Origin: an uncultured Clostridia bacterium
Lineage (GTDB): Bacteria > Bacillota > Clostridia > Christensenellales > DTU072
DNA length: 64,000 nucleotides
Direction of reading: 5' to 3'
NCBI GenBank assembly: GCA_944363505.1
Contig: CALVUD010000002.1
Coordinates: forward strand, 210,516-274,515
This document shows positions 17,827-24,845 of this stretch, piece after piece; position 1 is the first letter of the stretch, and every line of letters starts with the position of its first letter. The position numbers and the translations under genes are program-made. The notes beneath the pieces were generated by a model, which worked only from the letters and a program-made list of their open reading frames with translations, did not search any database and was not told where the DNA came from.

Positions 17827-18774
17827 ATGCCTTACATCTCTGTATCTCGGACAAATTCGCCCTATTCGAATCTTGCCGCGGAAGAGTATCTGACGGAAAA
17901 CGTCGATTCACCGACGATGTTTTTATGGGTCAATTCTCCCTCCGTCATCATGGGTAAATTTCAAAACGTTTACCGCGAATGTAATTTGGAATATATGCGA
18001 TCGAAAGGCATCCTTCCCGTCCGAAGGACTACGGGCGGTGGCGCGGTATATCACGATTTGGGCAACCTTAATTATTCTTTTATTATACCAAACTCCGAAT
18101 ATGATGTGGACAGACAAAACAAAGTAATTTCGGAGGCTTTGGCGGTATTCGGCATAGAACCGCTCTTCGGCGGCAGAAACGACCTGGAGATACGTGGGCG
18201 TAAAGCGGGCGGCGCGGCGTATTTCAAAGGCGCGAAAAACTCGCTCCATCACGGTACTTTACTTATCTCGCTCGACCTAAGCGAAGCCGAACGCGCGCTG
18301 ACTCCGAACAAACTCAAACTCGCCGCAAAAGGCGTGGATTCCGTTCGCCGCAGAATAATAAACCTTTCGGACCTGAACCCGGACATTACTACCGAAAAAC
18401 TTATCGACGCCCTGATACGCTCTTTCGGATCCGGATACGGAGTTAGCCGAGAAGTTCATTATAACGAAAAGGCGTTAGCCGAAAAAGCCGCGAAATTTTC
18501 CTCGGACGAGTACGTTTACGGGCTGAATCCACCGTTCGACGTAACTCTCGAAGGCAGACTGTCCGCAGGAACCGTCGCTTTGTCGTTAAGCGTCAAACGC
18601 GGCGTGATAGAGGATTGCTTGCTGACCGGGGACTTTCTGGACGACTCCCTTCCCGAAAGGATAAAAAGCGTCGTTTTAAACCGAAAATATACCGATCTGA
18701 ACGATATTTTTTCCGATTCCGAAACGCTATCGGAATTTGCACGCCTGACCGAAAGCGATGCCGGGCGGGCTTAA
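17827..18774 (+). CDS. Lipoate--protein ligase (LplA/LplJ family)
   Basis: N-terminal S.SR.NSPYSNLAAEEYL pattern and the RRTTGGGAVYHDLGN box. Confidence 0.8.
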   Translation: MPYISVSRTNSPYSNLAAEEYLTENVDSPTMFLWVNSPSVIMGKFQNVYRECNLEYMRSKGILPVRRTTGGGAVYHDLGNLNYSFIIPNSEYDVDRQNKVISEALAVFGIEPLFGGRNDLEIRGRKAGGAAYFKGAKNSLHHGTLLISLDLSEAERALTPNKLKLAAKGVDSVRRRIINLSDLNPDITTEKLIDALIRSFGSGYGVSREVHYNEKALAEKAAKFSSDEYVYGLNPPFDVTLEGRLSAGTVALSLSVKRGVIEDCLLTGDFLDDSLPERIKSVVLNRKYTDLNDIFSDSETLSEFARLTESDAGRA

Positions 18775-19421
18775 AAAGCGCCCTGTTTCAGTCCGTAAAT
18801 CAGTTGCTGCAATTCGTTGAAGAAACGGCTAAGGTGATAGCCGTCCGAAACGGCATGATGGATCTGTACGGATAGCGGCATCAGATATTTTTTGTCCTTT
18901 TCTTCGTATTTTCCCCAGGTTATCACCGGCGCAAGGTATTTACCTTCGTCAAAGACGTGTATGTCGAAACTACGGTATTTTATCCACGGAAGACACGAAA
19001 CGTTGAACACGTTCGGCGGAACGTCCTTTAATTCAAAGCCCCGCAAATCGGCGTGTTTTTTTCTGTCCGCCATAAACGCGTCGTGAAAGTCTTTCAGGTT
19101 CTCGGAGTATTCCGTATGTAACAATACCAACTGTTCGTCCTCTTTATGAAAATCGGCGTAATACGGCGAAACAACGTCCCAGCGTATCAGGTCGCCGTTC
19201 GGATCGAAAGCGTATCGGAATTCCTCGAAGCGGTTGACTGTTGTCGACACCGCCCATATCATCACGGGATAAAATTTCATTGCGCGCTCATGTGCAAACT
19301 TTAGCGCGTTCGTAACGTCGATATCGACGGTCATACTCAATACGTTTCTCAGATTATCGATGTAATGGCTGAACAGTTTGCCTCTTTTCCAGGTTTTAAC
19401 GTCAATTTTTTCGTAATTCAT
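18771..19421 (-). CDS. cat: Type-A chloramphenicol O-acetyltransferase homolog
   Basis: 216 aa. The C-terminal catalytic box HHAVSDGYH matches canonical HHAVCDGFH. Size and N-terminus are typical of CAT. Confidence 0.85.
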   Translation of the reverse strand: MNYEKIDVKTWKRGKLFSHYIDNLRNVLSMTVDIDVTNALKFAHERAMKFYPVMIWAVSTTVNRFEEFRYAFDPNGDLIRWDVVSPYYADFHKEDEQLVLLHTEYSENLKDFHDAFMADRKKHADLRGFELKDVPPNVFNVSCLPWIKYRSFDIHVFDEGKYLAPVITWGKYEEKDKKYLMPLSVQIHHAVSDGYHLSRFFNELQQLIYGLKQGAF

Positions 19422-19483
19422 CTTTACCTCCTCACGGCAGGAGAGTTGTCGCCGTTAAGGCATGATCTTTGTTCACGATTCGG

Positions 19484-19512
19484 ATAATACCATAGTTTTC
19501 TTAAAAATGCAA
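19484..19512 (-). promoter_or_regulatory. Promoter for cat
   Basis: Minus strand: TTGCAT (19512-19507), 17-nt spacer, TATTAT (19489-19484). Confidence 0.45.
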
Positions 19513-19530
19513 CGACGTTAACACGGCGGA

Positions 19531-19560
19531 CAAAAGAAAGCCCCCGCCGAAGCGGGAGCT
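19531..19560 (-). terminator. Rho-independent terminator after the 515-aa lipoprotein gene
   Basis: Minus strand AGCTCCCGC-TTCG-GCGGGGGCT (one mismatch) followed by TTCTTTTG. Confidence 0.6.
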
Positions 19561-19579
19561 TTCCGAAGTTAAAATTCAA

Positions 19580-21127
19580 TTAGCGGAACACACCCGAAAT
19601 ACTGCTGCCCGCCGAAGCCGAGAAGCACAGTATTACCTGATAACAGTTTTCGGAATCGATGATATTAGGCGTTGCGCCGGAAGCCATGGTTATACACGCA
19701 TACAGCGAAATGATCTCTTCCTTGGAAGACAAATGAACGTAATAACTGTCTGTATCCCCGTATTCGCGAACGTATTGCGCACCTGTCAAATTAAATACCG
19801 CATTATCGGTCGCTCCGCCGTTTTCTTCATATTTCACCTCGAGGATATAATATAAAGAGCGGTCCGGAATACCGGAGAAATTGACATTGATCGCTATATC
19901 CGCAAGTCCGTCATCCGCCATGAAATACCAAACGTTACCGTCCGTATAGTAAGGAACCGAATCGTAGAACATATTATCCTGTCCCTCAGCGTCTTTATAC
20001 AGCATTTTCTCGGTAGGTTCGACAAGAACCGTTTCGTTTTCTGCTTTGCCTTCCACTTTTACAAACGGCGTTCCCGCACCACCCATATCGATCTTGGCTC
20101 CTTCGATACGCACTTTGTACAAGGTTGTGTACGCCACGGACAAATTGCTCTGATCGATAAAAGCCGCGGGTGAGAATCTACCCGTATTAAACGTATACGA
20201 CCCGTTCGTCATTTCCACGGCGGTGTCGTTGATATAAAGCTTAACCCCGGTCAGATCGACGAATTCGTTCGAAGTATCGAGAGTCAGCGTGATATTTTTG
20301 GCAACGTTTGCAGGGAAATATTCGTTTTCGGAGGAAGTCAGTATAAGACCCGTATCGTTTTCGACCGCCCAATCGTTCAAATCGAGTCCGTCCAAATCGA
20401 CCGTCAGGGTTTTCCCCGCTTCGGTCAATCCGTCGGGCAGAAAATACGCCTTGTACGCGTATAAATCGCCTTCCGCGTTTACTTGGGGATTGCAGTCGAA
20501 ATCGCCGTCTTTTAAAAAGCAATGCGTCACGTCGTCAAAATAGTTTTGGAAAGAATACGAGCCGACTACGGGTCCGTTAATGTCAAACGTAAAATCGCTT
20601 TTGACTTCGTCGTAATTCAAATTTAATTTCTTGCCGTTATAAAGATAATCCTTTAGCGGTGCGCCGTCTAATCGGAACATATCCAGTCTTGCGTCAGACG
20701 AATAATCTCCCGCCGCCTCGAAAGCCAGATCGAATTCCTTGCCGCTGCACTCGAACGATATGTCGATGTCTTTAGCGACAGCGGTGAAGGTTACCGAACC
20801 AACGACCTGATAGCCGGAGTGTAACTCCACGCCTTTTTCTTTAAAATCCGAATTCGGAGCGATCGAAATTTCCTTTCCGTCGGCGTACACTTTCAGGGTA
20901 TCGCGCTCGTAGCCGTTATGCAGAAAAACGTCATATGTGCGCGTTTCCCCCTCTTTTATCGCCGAAACGGAGGTGCTGCCTTCGGATGAACCGGGATCGG
21001 CAATAAACGCGAAATCGCTCTGCGTATTGTAGAGCTGATATGTGTTTTTTACGCACGCCGTGGCACAGACGGAGCAAATCAATGCCAAAACAGCCACCGC
21101 TACTATTCCGAAAATCATTTTTCTCAT
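19580..21127 (-). CDS. Hypothetical lipoprotein (515 aa)
   Basis: Signal peptide with lipobox (CATAC). I recognise no domain. Confidence 0.6.
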   Translation of the reverse strand: MRKMIFGIVAVAVLALICSVCATACVKNTYQLYNTQSDFAFIADPGSSEGSTSVSAIKEGETRTYDVFLHNGYERDTLKVYADGKEISIAPNSDFKEKGVELHSGYQVVGSVTFTAVAKDIDISFECSGKEFDLAFEAAGDYSSDARLDMFRLDGAPLKDYLYNGKKLNLNYDEVKSDFTFDINGPVVGSYSFQNYFDDVTHCFLKDGDFDCNPQVNAEGDLYAYKAYFLPDGLTEAGKTLTVDLDGLDLNDWAVENDTGLILTSSENEYFPANVAKNITLTLDTSNEFVDLTGVKLYINDTAVEMTNGSYTFNTGRFSPAAFIDQSNLSVAYTTLYKVRIEGAKIDMGGAGTPFVKVEGKAENETVLVEPTEKMLYKDAEGQDNMFYDSVPYYTDGNVWYFMADDGLADIAINVNFSGIPDRSLYYILEVKYEENGGATDNAVFNLTGAQYVREYGDTDSYYVHLSSKEEIISLYACITMASGATPNIIDSENCYQVILCFSASAGSSISGVFR

Positions 21128-21202
21128 AACATCACCTTCCTTTATTCAGTATGGTCGTTTTGTAATTTAATAGTAATATGAATAACGCGGTTTTGTCAAT
21201 AC

Positions 21203-21745
21203 TCACAAATTCGGCGGAAGTTTTGCTTTCATTTCTTCTCTTAAATTTATCTTTTCCCCGTCCGCAAAAAATGTCCCGTCGCCCACCGCGTGAAGGATAC
21301 GCCTGTCTTCGACGTCTTCGTTGACGACCACTCTCAAAACTTTCAATACGACGAAACCGTATCGTTCTATATAATCAGACACTCTGCATTCGAGACATGC
21401 CATACATTCGCCTATCAGCGGCGCGTCGACGGTTTTAGCTTTTAACGCGCTCAGATTGAATTTCTTGAATTTATCGGTATCCTCGCCGCTGATCATACCT
21501 ATGCCGACGACGGTTTCCGCAATGCTTGCGGGAGGAATACATACGCAGCACTCCCTTGTCCGCATCAGAGCGTCGAACGAATAATTCCAGCAACCGGTAG
21601 TCAGAACAATGTGCTGATCGAAATCGATAGCCATGGTCCATGATATGGTCATTACGTTTATTTTATCCTCGTTCCGCGTCGTAACCAACACGACGGGTCC
21701 CGGCTCTATAAACGTCAGAGCCTTTTCGACAGCGACTTCTTTCAT
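21203..21745 (-). CDS. Flavin reductase-like (FMN-binding split-barrel) protein
   Basis: PGPVVLVTT....INVMTISW motif typical of the flavin reductase-like domain. 180 aa. Confidence 0.75.
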   Translation of the reverse strand: MKEVAVEKALTFIEPGPVVLVTTRNEDKINVMTISWTMAIDFDQHIVLTTGCWNYSFDALMRTRECCVCIPPASIAETVVGIGMISGEDTDKFKKFNLSALKAKTVDAPLIGECMACLECRVSDYIERYGFVVLKVLRVVVNEDVEDRRILHAVGDGTFFADGEKINLREEMKAKLPPNL

Positions 21746-21844
21746 TTTTTCTCCTTAAGGGTATAGTCTTTATTTAATTCTATCACATACGGAACCTATT
21801 CGAACATTTTTTGAATTTTTAAGTATTTATTCCAAACCGAACAG

Positions 21845-21868
21845 AAAAAAGGCGCATAGAGCGCCTTT
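21845..21868 (-). terminator. Rho-independent terminator after the 78-aa ORF
   Basis: AAAGGCGC-N5-GCGCCTTT followed on the minus strand by TTTTTTCTG. Confidence 0.65.
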
Positions 21869-21917
21869 ATCCTTCTATTATAGTCCATTAAAACACCGCT
21901 TCTAAAAAATGCAATTA

Positions 21918-22154
21918 CTATAAATTAAACGATTCTTTAAGCAAGCTGATCAATTGCTTAGCCATCTCTTTACTGATATGTATGACTTGACTTTGCTTTC
22001 CTTTTTCTATCCGATCAACGGAACCAAATGTTTGAATACGAACAAATTTTTCTTCATTATTCGTACAATCGTTATATTGCGCATCACAACAAGTTATCTT
22101 ACCTTTCATCACGTAGTTTTCTTCTTTTTTTGTGATTTTTTTAATAATCGCCAT
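21918..22154 (-). CDS. Hypothetical 78-aa protein (orphan, AT-rich codons)
   Basis: GAGGT RBS 9 nt before the ATG, own terminator downstream, very AT-rich upstream region. I cannot assign a family. Confidence 0.5.
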   Translation of the reverse strand: MAIIKKITKKEENYVMKGKITCCDAQYNDCTNNEEKFVRIQTFGSVDRIEKGKQSQVIHISKEMAKQLISLLKESFNL

Positions 22155-22318
22155 ATGATGATTTACCTCATAAAAAATAATTATATATATATTATATTAT
22201 AAAACTTATTAATAAAATCATTCCAAATAAAATTAAAGGCTAAAATAATTTTTAGTTATAATAAATGTATAAGATTTGGCAGATAATAAAGCAGTTTACT
22301 AAAATGTAAACGATCACG

Positions 22319-22358
22319 GTCCGAATCATGAAAAAAGGGCGCAAGATACGCGCTTATC
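22319..22358. repeat. Distal copy of the 40 nt that follow tRNA-Leu (direct repeat of 23084-23123)
   Basis: 38/40 identical by manual alignment. The two differences fall in the terminator stem. Confidence 0.85.
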
Positions 22359-22365
22359 TTTACGG

Positions 22366-22384
22366 ACCAAACCGAGGAGAAGGG
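22366..22384. repeat. Inverted copy of the tRNA-Leu 3' end (ACCA) plus the following 15 nt
   Basis: accaaaccgaggagaaggg matches the reverse complement of 23116-23134 at 18/19 positions. Confidence 0.8.
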
Positions 22385-22390
22385 ATATTC

Positions 22391-22556
22391 CGTTGCGCCC
22401 GCCTGAACGGACGGGCGCTTCCGTTTACACCCTGCGGGAGCGTCTTTTCGCCCGTTTCGTCGGGAGCGAAGCTCGGCACGGAACCGTAGCCTTCGCTTCT
22501 ACCCCTAGAACCGAACGAAAATCCCCATCCCTCGGGCGCCGAGTACGCTGAAAGAA
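22391..22556. repeat. 166-bp GC-rich hairpin-dense element, copy A
   Basis: 164/166 identical to 22752-22917. The flanks are unrelated AT-rich DNA. No shared ORF. Confidence 0.9.
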
Positions 22557-22751
22557 TTTAAAACGGATAAATGCACTTTATAATTCGGTTAAGACAAGAA
22601 AGTTTATAATTAAGCAAATAACCGAAGTTTTAAAATTTTGGATTGATTGCATTATATAATTGCATTATCGACGTATTTCTTTTACCGCACTTTTAAACCT
22701 ACTTGGCAGCGAGAAATTGACGTTTTCGCCCGATTTCAAGTGTAGAAGTCC

Positions 22752-22917
22752 CGTTGCGCCCGCCTGAACGGACGGGCGCTTCCCGTTACACCCTGCGGGA
22801 GCGTCTTTTCGCCCGTTTCGTCGGGAGCGAAGCTCGGCACGGAACCGTAGCCTTCGCTTCTACCCCTAGAACCGAACGAAAATCCCCATCCCTCGGGCGC
22901 CGAGTACGCTGAAAGAA
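22752..22917. repeat. 166-bp GC-rich hairpin-dense element, copy B
   Basis: Same as copy A, offset by 361 bp. The only differences are at 22784-22785. Confidence 0.9.
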
Positions 22918-23043
22918 ATTATAGAATAAGCAATTTTTGATAAAGGCGTGTTTTAAATTTCCTTATAACTGTTTTAGTTTAAAAACCGAGCGATACTTAC
23001 GCAGGAAGCGGACGAAAACGGCTTTTCTAAGCGTATTTTCGTC

Positions 23044-23076
23044 GCGCCTGTCCGTTCAGGCAGGCGCAAGATTATC
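23044..23076. repeat. Inverted 5'-terminal fragment (about 33 nt) of the 166-bp element
   Basis: The reverse complement GATAATC--TTGCGCCTGCCTGAACGGACAGGCGC aligns to GATATTCCGTTGCGCCCGCCTGAACGGACGGGCGC of copy A. Confidence 0.8.
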
Positions 23077-23083
23077 GACCGAA

Positions 23084-23123
23084 GTCCGAATCATGAAAAA
23101 AGGGCGCAAGATGCGCCCTTATC
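23084..23123. repeat. Proximal copy of the 40-nt direct repeat (native tRNA-Leu 3' flank)
   Basis: See 22319-22358. Contains the tRNA terminator. Confidence 0.85.
23096..23120 (-). terminator. Rho-independent terminator of tRNA-Leu
   Basis: Minus strand AAGGGCGC-ATCTT-GCGCCCTT followed by TTTTTT. Confidence 0.75.
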
Positions 23124-23130
23124 CTCGGTT

Positions 23131-23213
23131 TGGTGCGGTCGATGGGACTTGAACCCATACGGTCTCCCATACGCCCCTCAAACGTACGCGTCTGCCTATT
23201 CCGCCACGACCGC
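23131..23213 (-). tRNA. tRNA-Leu (anticodon GAG), long variable arm, CCA encoded
   Basis: The minus strand GCGGTCGTGGCGGAATAGGCAGACGCGTACGTTTGAGGGGCGTATGGGAGACCGTATGGGTTCAAGTCCCATCGACCGCACCA folds as a class II cloverleaf. The anticodon loop is TTGAGGG. Confidence 0.9.
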
Positions 23214-23282
23214 ATTAAGCACGGGAACGCAAATTATATTAACATACCCGTTTGCTTTTTGCAACAGTTTTCCCCTATTTTT

Positions 23283-24842
23283 TCAACCGTCGCTCGCGGT
23301 GTGCGCTTTTTTCTTGGCGGCGCGTATATTGTGTAGGCGATGAATCGCTTTCATTACGCTTTTCAACGGAGACGCGTGCGGGTTTTTGCCTTTTTTATCC
23401 TGTTCGAATACTCCGACGTATTCGATATAAGGTTTCAGTCGACACGAATCGATAACGATTTTGATTTCGTCGGTCCTGACGGCGCGGAAAAACGCTATCC
23501 TGTTAAAGCCTATCGTTTTGCCGTAATAAACGGTTTTGAACTTTCCGTTGACCTTTGCCTCTATCCTGAAACTTTCCACGCGCTGTGAAAACGAAACGTT
23601 CTCGATCAGCCTCAGTTTATCAACTTTGCAAGTCTTTGCCAGCTTCAGCGTTATTTCGTAGCTGTCCGCCTCGTCTTTAGGAGTATAATAACCCGTGCTT
23701 TCGAAAGAATTTTTGTCGAAACCGAAACGGAACATGTTTTTTGGTTTGAAACCCTCTTCGTGTACGGGCGCGGTTACTCCGTCCACCGTTACGGGCTTGG
23801 AGAATGCGGCGTTCTTTCTGTCGGCAAAACGCACCAGCCTGTCCACGTCGGCGTCGTTCAGTCTCCCCGTAGCGTCCGGCGGTACGTTCAAAAGAAGCAG
23901 CGAATTCCCGCCTACCGCCGTGTAATAAATGTATAACAGATTATTTACGGAGCGGATACGGTGATCCTGAGACTTATGGTAAAACCAGCCCGGTCTTATG
24001 GAGACGTCCACCTCGGCGGGCGACCATACGAACTCGGAATATTTTTCGAGCATTTCGCGGCTCCCCAGCTCTTCTCCGAACATTTCGACGGAAGGCGCTT
24101 TCATGTTTTCGGATTCCTCGTGTTGGCTCTGTTCAATGATGCTCTGAGTGCCATAATCCATTTCGGGAATAACGCACCACTCGCCGTCTCTGGCAAAACC
24201 GCCTTCGTTGCCGACCCATCTGACGTCGGGACCGCAATTCGAGATAACGGCTTTGGGCTGAAGCTTTCTGATAACTTCGTAGTACCTGTTAAAATCGTAT
24301 TTCTGTACGGGCTTGCCGTCCGAAGCGGCGCCGCAGGCGCCGTCAAGCCATACCGCGAAAATTTCTCCGTAGCCCGTCAGCAGTTCTTTCAGCTGGGCAA
24401 CGTAAAAGTCGTCGTATTCCGCGCTTCCGTAAAGCGGACAATTTCTGTCCCATGGCGATAAATAGATCCCGAACTTTACCCCGTGCTTTTTGCAAGCCGC
24501 CGCGACTTCCTTTACGACGTCGCCCTTGCCGTCCAGGTATGGACTGGATTTTACCGAGTAATCTGTGGTTGCGGTCTGCCACATGCAGAAACCGTCGTGA
24601 TGTTTTGCGGTAAAGATAATTCCTTTCGCTCCCGCAAATTTGAGCACCTTAACCCATTGTTCGGCATCCTGATTCGTGGGATTGAAGATTTCCGGCGAAA
24701 GCGTTCCGTCGCTCCATTCCTTGTTCGCAAACGTATTCAGACCGTAATGAATAAAGGCGTTGAAGTTATCTCGTTGAATACTTCTTTGCACTCTGGAAGG
24801 CACTACCGAGGTATAAAGTTTAAGTCTTTCTACTGACGTCAT
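23283..24842 (-). CDS. Alpha-L-fucosidase (GH29) with C-terminal beta-sandwich domain
   Basis: GH29 boxes FNAFIHYGLNTF, KHHDGFCMW, FAVWLDGA. Confidence 0.85.
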   Translation of the reverse strand: MTSVERLKLYTSVVPSRVQRSIQRDNFNAFIHYGLNTFANKEWSDGTLSPEIFNPTNQDAEQWVKVLKFAGAKGIIFTAKHHDGFCMWQTATTDYSVKSSPYLDGKGDVVKEVAAACKKHGVKFGIYLSPWDRNCPLYGSAEYDDFYVAQLKELLTGYGEIFAVWLDGACGAASDGKPVQKYDFNRYYEVIRKLQPKAVISNCGPDVRWVGNEGGFARDGEWCVIPEMDYGTQSIIEQSQHEESENMKAPSVEMFGEELGSREMLEKYSEFVWSPAEVDVSIRPGWFYHKSQDHRIRSVNNLLYIYYTAVGGNSLLLLNVPPDATGRLNDADVDRLVRFADRKNAAFSKPVTVDGVTAPVHEEGFKPKNMFRFGFDKNSFESTGYYTPKDEADSYEITLKLAKTCKVDKLRLIENVSFSQRVESFRIEAKVNGKFKTVYYGKTIGFNRIAFFRAVRTDEIKIVIDSCRLKPYIEYVGVFEQDKKGKNPHASPLKSVMKAIHRLHNIRAAKKKAHTASDG

Positions 24843-24845
24843 GAT

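Noticed and set aside
19455-19463. Mini-ORF ATG-CCT-TAA in the cat leader as a possible attenuation leader peptide.
   Set aside because: It is only two sense codons with no RBS, and bears no resemblance to known cat leader peptides. I mention it only as context for the RBS hairpin.
22328-22489. 53-codon plus-strand ORF (MKKGRKIRAYLYGPNRGEG...) running into copy A of the 166-bp element.
   Set aside because: Its ATGAAAAAAGGGCGC start is just the reverse complement of the duplicated terminator (GCGCCCTTTTTTCAT). Copy B has no equivalent start or frame, and there is no RBS.
22391-22917. Whether the 166-bp repeats could be a CRISPR array, integron attC sites or a type III antitoxin repeat array.
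   Set aside because: There are only two full copies, of 166 bp, separated by 195 bp. That is too long and too few for CRISPR, and there are no cas genes. I found no attC-like GTTRRRY/RYYYAAC termini or integron integrase. Type III TA repeats are short, directly tandem, and followed by an endoribonuclease gene, which is not the case here.
22937-23152. 71-aa plus-strand ORF in the islet.
   Set aside because: It runs through the inverted hairpin fragment and the terminator copy and into the tRNA-Leu gene on the opposite strand. It has no RBS and is a chance frame.
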